DNA of 64,000 bases from Candidatus Zambryskiibacteriota bacterium (GCA_003173855.1 PPGI01000010.1:62304-126303), one strand, 5' to 3'. Positions 29,369 to 40,260 are shown, counted from the first letter of the stretch. A program made the numbers and translations. Notes: generated by a model from the letters alone, not told the origin.

Positions 29369-29713
29369 GTGGCGATGCATATTCGCAATTCACCTGCAGA
29401 GATTCTTGGCAAGCTCATCCGCATAAATCGTGTGCTAACGATGAGTATGGGCAGCAAGGAAGAGCTTGCCGCAAAAGCGAATGTACCCGTCCAGGTGATT
29501 ACCTGGTTGGAGAAAGGAGAAGGAGAAAAACCTGACAGATCATTTGCCGAAAGAGTTCTTGATACTTTCAAGTTGACTGACAGGCCTCGCAGGTATCTTC
29601 AAGGACTGTTAAACACAGTCTTTGAACCCTCCACCATTCCGGTTGTCAAAGCCCCATTGGCTGCTTGGCAACCTCCAATTCGATGGAGGAGAGACACTCA
29701 ATTCCATAGATAA
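29369..29713 (+). CDS. XRE-family HTH transcriptional regulator (paralog 2)
   Basis: LAAKANVPVQVITWLEKGE HTH. Alignable with paralog 1. SD GGAGGTGG. Confidence 0.55.
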   Translation: MAMHIRNSPAEILGKLIRINRVLTMSMGSKEELAAKANVPVQVITWLEKGEGEKPDRSFAERVLDTFKLTDRPRRYLQGLLNTVFEPSTIPVVKAPLAAWQPPIRWRRDTQFHR

Positions 29714-29726
29714 ACTTCAAAATCCC

Positions 29727-29776
29727 AAGGCACTGACCCGCGAACCCAGCGGTCAGTGCCTTTTCCATTATTTTTT
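29727..29776. terminator. Bidirectional terminator between XRE paralog 2 and typA
   Basis: AAGGCACTGACC...GGTCAGTGCCTT stem with T-runs on both sides. Confidence 0.5.
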
Positions 29777-31516
29777 CAAATTTTTCTTTCGCAGCCTGAC
29801 AGATTTTGGAGTAATTTCTATAAACTCATCTTCAGACATAATTTCCATTGCTTTTTCAATATCAAGTTTAATCGTTGCAGCAAGATAAACCGAATCATCT
29901 GACCCTGCTGCTCGCATGTTTGTAAGTTGCTTTCCTTTTGTTGGATTAACGAATAAATCTTCTCCTTTTGAAACATTTCCTATAACCATTCCTTCGTAAA
30001 TTTCATCGCCTGGTTCAATGTAGAGTGTGCCTCTCTGTTGCAAATTGTCTAATGCAAAAGCCAGAGCTTTGCCTGCCGCCATTGAAACCATCGAACCATA
30101 TTGTGTCTTTTTAATTTCGCCAACATGCGGTCGAAATTCTATAAATCGAGATGAAAGAATGCCTTGTCCTTTCGTATCAACAACAAATTGTCCACGATAA
30201 CCGAGCAGGCCTCGTGTCGGGATTTCAAAAGTTAAACGCTGTTCACCAGATTCTTGTTTAATGTTCATTAGTAAACCTTTTCGTTCAGTTAGTCGAGAAA
30301 TAATTGAACTAGCCAATTCGTCTTTAACATCGACAATCACTTCTTCAAAAGGCTCCATCATCACTCCATTAACTTCCTTAATAATTACTTGAGGTTGGGA
30401 AACTTGAAGTTCATATCCTTCTCGGCGCATATTTTCGCAAAGAATAGCAATGTGCAGTTCGCCACGACCGTAAACGGTCATTTGATCCCCAAAATCAACC
30501 TTCAATCCCACATTCACTTGAAGTTCTTTCTCAAGTCTTTCCCGGATTTGCCTGCCGGTAACAAATTTTCCTTCTCGTCCTGCAAATGGCGAGTCATTAA
30601 CTAAAAAATTAAGAGAAATTGTTGGTTCATCGATATTGATCGAAGGCAAAAGTTCAGCGTTTTCGTCTTTAGCAATAGTGTCGCCAATGTAGACTTCAGG
30701 AAGCCCGGAAATCATTACTATATCTCCAGCTCCTGCATCCTTTACCTCAACTCGTTTTGTTCCTTCGAAACTAAAAATTTTTGTTAATTTTCCTGAAGTT
30801 GTTTTTTCTTTGTTTTTTGCAAAAAATTGATCGCCAACTTTTATAACTCCTTCGTAAATCCTGCAAATTGCCATTCGTCCCAAGAAATTATCATAGGCAA
30901 GATTAAATGATTGGAGTCGTGCAGGTAAATCAAGATCGCCTTTTGCAGGAGGAACAACTTCAAGAATTGTGTCTAAAAGGGGAGTTAAGTCTCGTGAATC
31001 ATCGTTCAAATTTTTCTTTGCAATACCATCGCGGCCAATAGCATAAACGGTTTTAAAATCAAGCTGTTCGTTTGTTGCACCTAATTCTAAGAAAAGTTCG
31101 AGAACCATTTCGTGAACTTCATCTGGACGAGCTGCAGGTTTATCAATCTTATTAATAATTACAATTGGTTTTAAACCAAGCTCGAGAGATTTTTTAAGCA
31201 CAAATCTTGTCTGCGGCATCGGTCCTTCTTGCGCGTCAACCAAAAGCAAAACTGTGTCGATTGATCTCAGTACGCGTTCAACTTCTGATCCGAAATCAGC
31301 GTGTCCTGGGGTGTCAACAATATTTATTTTAGTGCTTTTATAAAAAACAGAAGTATTTTTTGCATAAATAGTAATGCCACGCTCTTGTTCGAGAGCGTTT
31401 GAATCCATCGTCTGGCCTTCTGCCAAATTCTGACCTGTTTGACGCATTAGGGCGTCAGTAAGTGTGGTTTTACCATGATCCACATGCGCGATTATTGCAA
31501 TATTACGAATCTCCAT
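29768..31516 (-). CDS. typA: Translational GTPase TypA/BipA
   Basis: [16 protein letters not shown]1, DTPGHADF G3, NKIDK G4. EF-G-like domain order. 582 aa. Confidence 0.9.
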   Translation of the reverse strand: MEIRNIAIIAHVDHGKTTLTDALMRQTGQNLAEGQTMDSNALEQERGITIYAKNTSVFYKSTKINIVDTPGHADFGSEVERVLRSIDTVLLLVDAQEGPMPQTRFVLKKSLELGLKPIVIINKIDKPAARPDEVHEMVLELFLELGATNEQLDFKTVYAIGRDGIAKKNLNDDSRDLTPLLDTILEVVPPAKGDLDLPARLQSFNLAYDNFLGRMAICRIYEGVIKVGDQFFAKNKEKTTSGKLTKIFSFEGTKRVEVKDAGAGDIVMISGLPEVYIGDTIAKDENAELLPSINIDEPTISLNFLVNDSPFAGREGKFVTGRQIRERLEKELQVNVGLKVDFGDQMTVYGRGELHIAILCENMRREGYELQVSQPQVIIKEVNGVMMEPFEEVIVDVKDELASSIISRLTERKGLLMNIKQESGEQRLTFEIPTRGLLGYRGQFVVDTKGQGILSSRFIEFRPHVGEIKKTQYGSMVSMAAGKALAFALDNLQQRGTLYIEPGDEIYEGMVIGNVSKGEDLFVNPTKGKQLTNMRAAGSDDSVYLAATIKLDIEKAMEIMSEDEFIEITPKSVRLRKKNLKK

Positions 31517-31613
31517 AAAAATTAAAAACCGCTGGAGCGGTGATATGTATTAAATCATAAAAATTAATGCAAAGCAAATTGCTAAAAATGAAGATTATTG
31601 AGATTATTAACAC

Positions 31614-32219
31614 GTGTTTTTAACAATCACTCACGATATCGTTCTTTTGGAACAATTTAAATACCTTCTGATTTTTCCGATCATGGTTATTGAAGGTCCG
31701 ATTATTACTGTTATTTCGGGATTTTTAATTAAACTTGGTTTTTTGAATGCTACCATCACCGTGCCATTATTAATTGTAGGAGATATTACAGGCGACTTGC
31801 TGCATTACTATGTTGGAAAGTACATTAGTAGGTTTGGCTGGGCTCAAAATCTTGGATATTTATTCGGTTATAAAAAGAAAAAAGAAAAAACACTTGAAGA
31901 AAATTTTAAAAAAAATACTGGTCGAACAATTTTACTTTCAAAAATTTCTCATGGAATTGGCGGCATTATCCAAATTTCAGCCGGAGTAGCTAAAGTCGAT
32001 GTAAAAGAATTTCTCACTTATAGCTTTATTGGAACTGTACCAAAGGCTCTGATCCTGCTTTTACTCGGATATTATATTGGCAGTTCATATCAAAAAATTG
32101 ATTCAATTTTCGATGCAGTTGCAAATGTAACAATCACGATTTTTGTTTTAGTAATTCTTTATATCTTGGCAAGAACATTGACTCGCAAATTAAATAAATC
32201 TGTGGATAGAGATCAGTGA
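31614..32219 (+). CDS. DedA/TVP38-family membrane protein
   Basis: VIEGPII...SGF DedA core motif. GTG start. Confidence 0.6.
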   Translation: MFLTITHDIVLLEQFKYLLIFPIMVIEGPIITVISGFLIKLGFLNATITVPLLIVGDITGDLLHYYVGKYISRFGWAQNLGYLFGYKKKKEKTLEENFKKNTGRTILLSKISHGIGGIIQISAGVAKVDVKEFLTYSFIGTVPKALILLLLGYYIGSSYQKIDSIFDAVANVTITIFVLVILYILARTLTRKLNKSVDRDQ

Positions 32220-32239
32220 AATATTGATATAATAATCTT

Positions 32240-32485
32240 ATGACAATACCTAAGCTTACTTTAGTTTTTCCACATCTTGCCCTCAATTTAATTATAAGTA
32301 CTCCAGCGCTGGTTATTATTTTGCTCGGATTTTTTGTAATTTATGCTATTTTTTCTTTAGTACTTTACTATCACTGGCTTTCATATGGCATGGGCAATAA
32401 GGGTATTTTGGCGGCAGAAGGACTTTATTTTATGGTTTCTGTTTTTTTATTTGTTATTTCTGCACTGGCTATAACTTATTATTAA
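32240..32485 (+). CDS. Small hypothetical membrane protein
   Basis: 81 aa with two TM helices. Confidence 0.4.
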   Translation: MTIPKLTLVFPHLALNLIISTPALVIILLGFFVIYAIFSLVLYYHWLSYGMGNKGILAAEGLYFMVSVFLFVISALAITYY

Positions 32486-32486
32486 C

Positions 32487-33053
32487 ATGGCTTATGAAGC
32501 ATTACATTTAGAAAAAGACGAGCATGTTATTTTAGAAGTTCGTAAGCATTGGATTGTTTTTGCCGGACACGCAATTGGATTAATTTTTTGCGCCTTCCTT
32601 CCTTTTATTATTTTTACATTTTTAAAAATTTACGCGCCACAAGTATTTTCGATTTCTCTTCCTGGGAATGTTTACGCGCTTGGATTATTTTTCTATACCC
32701 TTTGGCTTTTGGCTTTGTGGCTTTCATTTTTTGTTGATTGGACAAAATATTACTTGGACGTTTGGTATGTTACTGAAAAACGCATCATTATTATTGAGCA
32801 AAAATATCTTTTTGATAGGGAAGTCTCAAATGTTCGGTTTGATAAAATCCAAGATGTCACCATCGAAGTCGATGGTTTTATTCCTACTATGTTAAAATTC
32901 GGAAACGTTAAGGTCCAAACAGCTAGTGAGGATAATTTTAATTTCTTTATGACAACTGTTAGATACCCAGAGGAGGTCCGGCGAGTTATTTTTAGCCAGC
33001 ATAATGAGATCGGAGACAGGAGTTTTCCATTTGGTAATACACAGTCTTCATGA
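32487..33053 (+). CDS. Membrane protein with a bacterial PH (YdbS/YdbT-like) domain
   Basis: Two N-terminal TM helices, then the YVTEKRIIII...VRFDKIQDV pattern. Confidence 0.5.
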   Translation: MAYEALHLEKDEHVILEVRKHWIVFAGHAIGLIFCAFLPFIIFTFLKIYAPQVFSISLPGNVYALGLFFYTLWLLALWLSFFVDWTKYYLDVWYVTEKRIIIIEQKYLFDREVSNVRFDKIQDVTIEVDGFIPTMLKFGNVKVQTASEDNFNFFMTTVRYPEEVRRVIFSQHNEIGDRSFPFGNTQSS

Positions 33054-33107
33054 CATAAGCTCGGATTTTCGGTATAATATTATCGTTACTAATTAATTGT
33101 TAATATT

Positions 33108-33323
33108 ATGAAGTCATTGCACACAGTAGCCTTTATTCTTCTTATAATTGGAGGTTTAAACTGGGGTCTAACTGCACTTGTCGGTCACGACGTCGTTGCT
33201 GGTTTTCTAGGTGGAACAATTTCAATGATTGTCTATGTCCTTGTAGGTCTTTCAGCAATTTACGAAGTTGCTACTCACAAGACTAATTGCAGGCATTGCA
33301 ATCCAAGCGGTGCATCAATGTAA
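33108..33323 (+). CDS. DUF378-like small membrane protein
   Basis: GGLNWGLTALVG motif characteristic of DUF378. Confidence 0.5.
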   Translation: MKSLHTVAFILLIIGGLNWGLTALVGHDVVAGFLGGTISMIVYVLVGLSAIYEVATHKTNCRHCNPSGASM

Positions 33324-33382
33324 TTTATTTAAAAAAAACAAGAGCCCGTGAAAGCGGGTTTTTGTTATGCTAAAATTTTACT

Positions 33383-34180
33383 ATGAGACGAACTCGAAGA
33401 AGCCATCATTACGCCTATGCGATAACTGCGGGTGAACGTTTGTATTCCATATTTCTCGGTCCATTTTTTGTAATTTGTGTTTTGTTCTTAGCAGTAAAAT
33501 TTTTTTCTGTTCCGTCTGCAACAAATGTAAATTTCTCCGATTTATTGACTGCAACTAGCTTTACTCTTGGACGTTTGCTTGTGGCCTATGTGATTGCAGT
33601 TATACTTGCTATCCCGATTGCCATTTTAGCTGTTAAAAACACATTTACTGAAAAAATATTTTTACCGATGTTTGATGTTCTTGAGTCTGTGCCGATTTTA
33701 GCTTTCTTTCCCATTCTAATTTTATTTTTCTTGCGAATTAATTTGCCCAACGGTGCCGCAATATTTATTTTATTTTTGTCTATGCTCTGGAATATTGTTT
33801 TTACTATAGCTTCTGGTCTGAAACTTATTCCCAGAGATATTATTTATGCAGCAGAAGTTTTCGGCATCAAGGGTTTTCGATATTTTAAAGAAGTGACATT
33901 GCCCGCAATATTTCCAGAAATTGTCACTGGCTCAATTTTAGCTTTTGCACAGGGCTGGAACCTTATAATTGTTGCTGAAGTATTGCATACCTATATACCA
34001 GGCGGAACAAATAGCCAAGATTTATTTGGGATTGGAAGTATTTTGGTCAGAGCATCAAATCAAGGGGACACCAATTTGTTTATTGCTTCCATTGCGGTGA
34101 TGGTTGTAGTTATTGCTCTTTTTAATTTCTTTATTTGGCAGAATTTGATCCACTATTCAGAGCGCTTTAAATTCGAGTAA
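33383..34180 (+). CDS. ABC transporter permease (NitT/TauT-type binding-protein-dependent family)
   Basis: Six TM helices and an EAA-like loop. Confidence 0.65.
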   Translation: MRRTRRSHHYAYAITAGERLYSIFLGPFFVICVLFLAVKFFSVPSATNVNFSDLLTATSFTLGRLLVAYVIAVILAIPIAILAVKNTFTEKIFLPMFDVLESVPILAFFPILILFFLRINLPNGAAIFILFLSMLWNIVFTIASGLKLIPRDIIYAAEVFGIKGFRYFKEVTLPAIFPEIVTGSILAFAQGWNLIIVAEVLHTYIPGGTNSQDLFGIGSILVRASNQGDTNLFIASIAVMVVVIALFNFFIWQNLIHYSERFKFE

Positions 34181-34181
34181 T

Positions 34182-34877
34182 ATGACTATTGAGTTCAAAC
34201 ATGTAAATAAATCCTACGAGAAGATCCACGCACTGGAAGATATAAGTTTTTTAATTAAAAAAGGGGAGTTTGTTTCTTTTATCGGTCCATCTGGGGAAGG
34301 CAAATCAACTATTTTAAAAATAATTGCTGGAATTGAAAAAGAAACATCAGGCACCGTAATTCGGCCAGAAAAAATTGGCATGGTTTTTCAGACGATTGCT
34401 CTTTTTCCTTGGCTTAATGTTTATGAAAATGTCGCACTTGGCTTGCGTTCTAAAAAAATTCCTGAAAAAGAAATTCATTTGATTGTGCACAAATATATAA
34501 AAATGATGAAATTAGAAAATTTTGTTACCCATCGTCCGGCAGATCTCTCAGGCGGACAAAGACAGCGTGTAGGCATTGCCAGGGCTTTAGCAATTGATCC
34601 GGAGGTGCTTTTGTTAGACGAGCCGTTTAGTGCACTCGACCCAAAAATAACTGCAGAATTGCACGATGACATTATTTCGATTTGGCGAAATACTGGGAAG
34701 ACAATTGTGCTTGTTTCGCATTTAATTGAAGAGGCCGTTTCGATGACCGAGAAAATATTTTTAATTAAAGGCAATCGATTAACAAATACATTTTTAATTG
34801 ATCTTCCTTATCCTAGACGTGAACATGGCAGATTCATGGAAGAAGTTTCTAAAATAAGACGTGAGTTTTTTAAATAA
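34182..34877 (+). CDS. ABC transporter ATP-binding protein (NitT/TauT family)
   Basis: Walker A GPSGEGKST, LSGGQRQRV signature, LLLDEPFSALD Walker B. Confidence 0.85.
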   Translation: MTIEFKHVNKSYEKIHALEDISFLIKKGEFVSFIGPSGEGKSTILKIIAGIEKETSGTVIRPEKIGMVFQTIALFPWLNVYENVALGLRSKKIPEKEIHLIVHKYIKMMKLENFVTHRPADLSGGQRQRVGIARALAIDPEVLLLDEPFSALDPKITAELHDDIISIWRNTGKTIVLVSHLIEEAVSMTEKIFLIKGNRLTNTFLIDLPYPRREHGRFMEEVSKIRREFFK

Positions 34878-35172
34878 TTTTGGAAAGGTCGATTTGATTG
34901 TGGTCTGCACTATAGATGACTTTGCCATGATCAAGAACGATAATTTGAGGAGTTTCGTGTTTAATATTAAACCATTCTGAAATATTTTTTGATAAAACTG
35001 GTTGATTTTGAACAGTTACCAAATAAATTTCCTGTTTTAATTTTTTCGACTCAATTTCTTTTTTTAGCCGGTCACTTGAGCCGCAATTATTAGAATATTT
35101 GAATATAATTGTTGGTTTTATGTTTGATTTCTCAATTATTAGAGTTAAGTGAGTTGTTTCTTTAAATTTCAT
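34870..35172 (-). CDS. YtxJ-like thioredoxin-fold protein (DUF2847)
   Basis: Single Cys in an NNCGSS context and a TPQIIVL...GKV pattern. 100 aa. Confidence 0.45.
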   Translation of the reverse strand: MKFKETTHLTLIIEKSNIKPTIIFKYSNNCGSSDRLKKEIESKKLKQEIYLVTVQNQPVLSKNISEWFNIKHETPQIIVLDHGKVIYSADHNQIDLSKII

Positions 35173-35186
35173 TTAACAGGTTCTTT

Positions 35187-36347
35187 TTAAAAGTAACTAT
35201 AGTATGAAGTAGCAACATTGCTGCACATTGAACGATATTCGGCATCGACAGTATTGCAAAATACTTTAGCTTGCGTATCCGAATGATAATAAGAAATTAT
35301 TTCTTTCACTGCTCCTATAATACAATTTGTTGTAGCACTCGTTTCATTTGGAATGTCACAACGATTTTTTGTGAGCTGAGGCTCATGGCTTGATTGATTG
35401 GCGACATCGCGGCCCATACTTTGATTGCAAATATCTCTATATGGTTCAGCTACAGCTTGGCACATGTCAAAAACTTTTTTGAAATCATATCCTGTTTGTT
35501 GGAGGGCATAAGAACTTTGACCTAAATAACATTGAGATTTATATTTATCACCGACAATATTGCAAGGATACATTGGCTCATTTGGTTTTAGATATTTAAC
35601 TATATTATCGGTATCAGCTACATTAGTACTGTCTATAATATTTTGCATAAAAACACCTCCATAACATGAATTTTGCTCCCAATCTCCCTTTAAAATATCA
35701 CAAGATTTAAGCGAATCAAGAACTTCGTCTCCAGATAAAGCCATGACACCATGGCCAATACCATGCACGCAATTAAAATAATCAAAGCTATATTTAGCTT
35801 TTCCAGGAATGTCAGAACAAATATTATTAAGATCACTCAGCAATCTATCCTTTCCCATTTTTAAAATCATTCCTTCCATAATGCCGTGATAATATCCACT
35901 CCAACAATATGAGTCTCCGGCTAGAAAAGCACTAGATACTTTGTCATATGAAAGTGCAGCTTGGCGACCAATAACATGCATTAATGGATGGCAATTTCCC
36001 AAAACTCCGGAATTTTCTGCTGCGCGTTCTTTTATATCAGCAATAGCCACTTTAGACCCAAATGCTGCTGTTAATTTTTTATAATAATCAGCAAAACATA
36101 GATAAGATCCTGAATCGCAAGCAGTTTTGTCATATGTGTATCCCTTAATATTTTTTATTTCGGCAGTTTCTGTGGCGCCTTTTTGGCCAACAGCTTGAGC
36201 TTGATCAACCATTGTTCCTTCTGGCTGGAAACCAAGATTTTTTGAAACTAAAGCATTTTCTTTGCTGTTTTTATAGACTAAAAATCCACCAAAAGTTCCG
36301 GCAATAAGTACCAAAATAATAATTATTTTTAATGTTTTTTCCTTCAT
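35187..36347 (-). CDS. Secreted Cys-rich hypothetical protein
   Basis: N-terminal TM/signal. More than 20 Cys in the mature region. Confidence 0.45.
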   Translation of the reverse strand: MKEKTLKIIIILVLIAGTFGGFLVYKNSKENALVSKNLGFQPEGTMVDQAQAVGQKGATETAEIKNIKGYTYDKTACDSGSYLCFADYYKKLTAAFGSKVAIADIKERAAENSGVLGNCHPLMHVIGRQAALSYDKVSSAFLAGDSYCWSGYYHGIMEGMILKMGKDRLLSDLNNICSDIPGKAKYSFDYFNCVHGIGHGVMALSGDEVLDSLKSCDILKGDWEQNSCYGGVFMQNIIDSTNVADTDNIVKYLKPNEPMYPCNIVGDKYKSQCYLGQSSYALQQTGYDFKKVFDMCQAVAEPYRDICNQSMGRDVANQSSHEPQLTKNRCDIPNETSATTNCIIGAVKEIISYYHSDTQAKVFCNTVDAEYRSMCSNVATSYYSYF

Positions 36348-36916
36348 TATTTATGTTTCTTTTCTATGGAGTACAAGATTATAAAACTAATAAAGACAAT
36401 AAACAACCAAGCCCAAATAGCCATATCAAAAATCTTATCTTCACGTTTCTCGATTTCTCTTAAAGATCTTCCAGCCATTACAAAACCTGCATTATATGGA
36501 ACTACAACAATTGCACTGCGAACATTTTTTTGCGGTTGCCAAGTGACTAAATCTTCTCCATTTGCTTTTGCAGCCTCAAAGACACCTTTAGGAAGGGAAG
36601 GCAGGGTTCCATCGAGAACTCCAGTTCCAGTTAAAGCATTTCCGCCTCCATCATAAATTACAACATATGTAGCCAGACTTTTTGCGATGTCCGTTCTTAT
36701 GGAGCTTGAGAAATCTGTAATCTTTTGTCCGTCATTTAAGGAATTTACAATATCTTCAGCAATCTGAATTTGCGGATCATTTGCGCCAGCTCTAATCGAT
36801 TGTTGAACAGTTGCATATATTAATAGGCACAATATAAGAGAAATAATGGAAATAAGTACCCACCACCATCTGAAAAATTTTAATTTATGCATCAACATAG
36901 TATAACACAGGAGCAT
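36347..36916 (-). CDS. Hypothetical two-TM membrane protein
   Basis: N- and C-terminal TM helices flank a soluble domain. Confidence 0.45.
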   Translation of the reverse strand: MLLCYTMLMHKLKFFRWWWVLISIISLILCLLIYATVQQSIRAGANDPQIQIAEDIVNSLNDGQKITDFSSSIRTDIAKSLATYVVIYDGGGNALTGTGVLDGTLPSLPKGVFEAAKANGEDLVTWQPQKNVRSAIVVVPYNAGFVMAGRSLREIEKREDKIFDMAIWAWLFIVFISFIILYSIEKKHK

Positions 36917-36995
36917 TTCATAAATGGATTTATTAACCTCTATTTAACAACAAGTTCATTTTTTGTTTATATAATGTTGATAGATTGTTGATAAG

Positions 36996-37014
36996 TTTAA
37001 CAAAAATTTAACAA
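36996..37014 (+). promoter_or_regulatory. Direct repeat TTTAACAAAAA-TTTAACAAA (TTAACA with 11-bp phasing) upstream of a response regulator gene
   Basis: About 60 bp upstream of ATG 37073. Same half-site and phasing as the sites at 40261 and 52318. Confidence 0.4.
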
Positions 37015-37072
37015 ATAACCTTGCATTTTTTGATTGAAGATGCTATAAATTTTAACAATCTTTTTAAAAAAA

Positions 37073-37741
37073 ATGACTATTCTAATTGTTGAAGACGAAA
37101 AAAAGCTTGTCGATATTTTAAAGCGAGCCCTAAAAAGTGAACGTTATTCTGTAGATGTGGCTTACGATGGACTTGATGGTTTGTCTAAGGGCCTCAAAAA
37201 TAACTACAGCCTAATTATCCTCGACATTATGCTTCCAAAGAAAGATGGTTTTCAAGTCTGTAAGGAGTTGCGCGAGCATCAAATTCATACGCCTATTATT
37301 ATGCTTACTGCTAGAGGCAATACGGAAGACAGGGTCTCAGGACTTGATGTTGGCGCTGATGACTATTTAGTAAAACCATTTGGACTTGATGAATTGTTTG
37401 CAAGAATAAGAGCGGTTATGCGTCGACGAAAAACTACGGATGCTGATGTTAGAAAAGTATCTGACCTAATTTTGGATAAAAAGAAGCATGAAGTTACTAG
37501 AGGCGGCAAAGTGGTTGTTCTCACACCAAAAGAGTACAAACTTCTTGATGCCCTGATTACCCACGCAGGAGAAGCAATGAAGCGAAGGGAGCTAATTGAC
37601 TATGCTTGGGGTCCGTTATTTGAAGAATCAAACAATGAGCTTAACGTTCATATAAAATACTTACGAAATAAGATTGATGGGCCAAAAATGAAACCTCTAA
37701 TTCATACAATTCGCGGTGTCGGGTTTGTTCTTCGAGAATAA
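37073..37741 (+). CDS. OmpR-family response regulator
   Basis: Receiver domain (VEDE...LDIMLP...K) plus a winged-helix trans_reg_C domain. Confidence 0.85.
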   Translation: MTILIVEDEKKLVDILKRALKSERYSVDVAYDGLDGLSKGLKNNYSLIILDIMLPKKDGFQVCKELREHQIHTPIIMLTARGNTEDRVSGLDVGADDYLVKPFGLDELFARIRAVMRRRKTTDADVRKVSDLILDKKKHEVTRGGKVVVLTPKEYKLLDALITHAGEAMKRRELIDYAWGPLFEESNNELNVHIKYLRNKIDGPKMKPLIHTIRGVGFVLRE

Positions 37742-37797
37742 GTGGATAACTTTCTTGACAGCAAAAATTGTGTTACAATAGCTCCAGAGGAGGACCT

Positions 37798-38622
37798 ATG
37801 AGAAAGCTTAAGCTAGTGCAAGATACGACGCTTGGGCTCTTATTGGCCCAACAGGAAAACCTTAAAAACTTCTGGGATAAAAAAGTACGAGATCCATATG
37901 CCTTTGTCCCACATGAGTTGAAGGGTAAAATCAGTGAGGAGTTAGCTCGGGAAGAAAATGTAGCTCTTGGCCGATTTAGTACCGATTTTCTAAAAGAAGT
38001 CTTGAGGGATGTACGAGCCATAACAATCGAGAGACGACGAAACGAAAGAAATAAAATCGCTTCAATTGGTTATGGTTGTGGTTACGACAGTACAGGTGAA
38101 AATCGCTGGCTTAGATACGCAGCAGAAGCGAATCTAGAGACTGTTTGGATTGATGTCTCAGAGGTTGCTTACGCTGAAGCGTATCGGAAGCTACAAAAAG
38201 AGTACGTTGAACTTCAAGCAGAGAATACCTATTGCGGAGTAGCAAAACCTCAAATTATCTGTGGAGATATTCACAGAGTATTGTTTGAAGGTTTTGACTT
38301 CCCATTCAAACTCATTGAAATGTGGTATCTCTGCAGAATAGTTGGGTGTCTTTCAAAAAAAAGCGCGCCATTCGTTCTGCAGTCAATTGGAGAATCACTT
38401 TCAGTCGATTGCGACGAGTTCAATACACATCGGATTATTATCATAAACGCATTTCTTGATGATAATCCAAAGAGAGTTACCCAAACTAACACCTTGTACC
38501 GGAAGAGCTTGGTTTTAAAAAACCTTGAAGTCGGTGCAAATCGTCCTGTCGTTCCTTATGCTGAAGATACCTATCGCTACTTTGACCAGACCTATCGAGC
38601 GATAGCTATCAAGGCTAAATGA
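37798..38622 (+). CDS. Hypothetical protein, possibly a class I SAM-methyltransferase fold, inserted between RR and HK
   Basis: SD AGAGGAGG before ATG 37798. IGYGCGYD is glycine-rich and motif-I-like. GC is higher than the neighbours. Confidence 0.4.
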   Translation: MRKLKLVQDTTLGLLLAQQENLKNFWDKKVRDPYAFVPHELKGKISEELAREENVALGRFSTDFLKEVLRDVRAITIERRRNERNKIASIGYGCGYDSTGENRWLRYAAEANLETVWIDVSEVAYAEAYRKLQKEYVELQAENTYCGVAKPQIICGDIHRVLFEGFDFPFKLIEMWYLCRIVGCLSKKSAPFVLQSIGESLSVDCDEFNTHRIIIINAFLDDNPKRVTQTNTLYRKSLVLKNLEVGANRPVVPYAEDTYRYFDQTYRAIAIKAK

Positions 38623-38654
38623 TTGGCGGACACTCGTGCCCGCCAATTTATTTT

Positions 38655-40259
38655 ATGATTTCTGACAAAATAGCATTATTAAATCAAACAGTTCTAGAAT
38701 CTTTTAATGAAACAGATGAAAGAAAAATCATCGAAGCATTTAGCGAAGTTGGAATTAAAGTTTTGGAAGCAGATCACGCTTTCGTTTGGCTTAATTCATA
38801 CGCTTCACAGCATTTAGAATTGGTTTATACAAGCAAAAATTTACCATTTAAACCTAGAACACCGCGCGAAAAGGGAAGAAATTACAAGGCTTATTTAAGC
38901 GGGAAAGCAGATTTTGTAAGTGATGTCAGCAAAGTCGAAGATGCGAGCTATTTGAATAAATATATAAAAAGTTTTGTCATAATCCCAATTTGCTTTAGAG
39001 AGAAAATTTATGGGAATATAGTTTTTTGTTTTAAAAATAAGGAGCCATTTTTAGATGAGAAAAAAAGCCTGTGTTCTTTTATTGGTAATAGCTTAGCCCA
39101 AGCAATTACGATTAGAAGATTATTCGCTGGTGAGCAGGAAGCCAGAGCACTTTCTGAAAGGCATAAAGCATATTTTCAGGCACTAATTGAAAATAGCTAT
39201 GAAATCGAGATGCTAGTTGATAAAAACGGCATAATTTTATATAGCAGTCCATCAGTTAAAAACTTTTTTGGTCTAACAGTTAAACAAATAATAAATCATA
39301 ATATCAAAGAATTCATAAACAATAATGATTCTCAGAGCGTCACAAAATATCTAAAAAAAATACTTGAAAATCCTGGAGAAAATCATGTCAGAGAATTTTC
39401 TTATAAGAACAGAGATGGCATAATTAGAACTCTTGAATCCACTGGCTACAATATGCTCGATAATTTTAATGTTTCAGGAATTGTTATTAATATGCGAGAT
39501 ATTACATCGAGAAAAAGACTTGAAAGCGAAAAAGAAAGTCGACGATTATTATATGAGGAGAAAAAGAAAATTGAATTTATTGCTGAAGCGAATCACGAAC
39601 TTAGGACACCCTTAGCAATTATCAAGGGCAATGTCGATCTTATTTTGAGAGAAGCTGGTCCAAAAAGAAAAAGAAGGTATGCAGATGCCGCTCTTCGTCA
39701 AATTAATGCTGAGGTTAAACATTTAACGAATATTTTGTCGGATTTTTCGCTATTAACCACGCGAATCGAAGAATCTCCGTATAGAATTATCAAAAAGAAC
39801 GTGGCTTTAGACAAAATTATAAAGAGAGTTGTTAATAGATGTAAGATTATTGCTAGAAAGAAAAAAATTTCAATTAGAAAAAAACTTGCTGAAACGAATA
39901 TATTTGGTGATGCAAAATACCTCGATCGCCTTGTAATGAACTTAATTAAAAATGCTATTACATATGGCACTGAAAAAGGCTGGATTTTAGTAGAGATGTC
40001 AAAAAATGATGATCAAATCGTCTTAAAGGTTAGTGACAATGGTGTTGGCATAGGTGAGAATGATTTACCTTATATCTTTGAAAGATTTTATCGGGCTGAT
40101 AAGTCACATAGTGCGGAAGAGAAGAGAACCGGACTAGGATTGGCTATTTCAAAGTGGATTGTGGAAGCACATGGCGGCAAAATTGCTGTAGACAGCACCT
40201 TAGGCAAGGGGACGATTTTTACGGTTTCTCTTCCTACGAAGGGTCTAGAAACTGTCTAG
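38655..40259 (+). CDS. Soluble sensor histidine kinase (GAF-like + PAS + HisKA + HATPase)
   Basis: H-box NHELRTPL and N, G1, G2 boxes. No TM helices. The alternative start at 38619 overlaps the upstream stop. Confidence 0.8.
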   Translation: MISDKIALLNQTVLESFNETDERKIIEAFSEVGIKVLEADHAFVWLNSYASQHLELVYTSKNLPFKPRTPREKGRNYKAYLSGKADFVSDVSKVEDASYLNKYIKSFVIIPICFREKIYGNIVFCFKNKEPFLDEKKSLCSFIGNSLAQAITIRRLFAGEQEARALSERHKAYFQALIENSYEIEMLVDKNGIILYSSPSVKNFFGLTVKQIINHNIKEFINNNDSQSVTKYLKKILENPGENHVREFSYKNRDGIIRTLESTGYNMLDNFNVSGIVINMRDITSRKRLESEKESRRLLYEEKKKIEFIAEANHELRTPLAIIKGNVDLILREAGPKRKRRYADAALRQINAEVKHLTNILSDFSLLTTRIEESPYRIIKKNVALDKIIKRVVNRCKIIARKKKISIRKKLAETNIFGDAKYLDRLVMNLIKNAITYGTEKGWILVEMSKNDDQIVLKVSDNGVGIGENDLPYIFERFYRADKSHSAEEKRTGLGLAISKWIVEAHGGKIAVDSTLGKGTIFTVSLPTKGLETV

Positions 40260-40260
40260 T

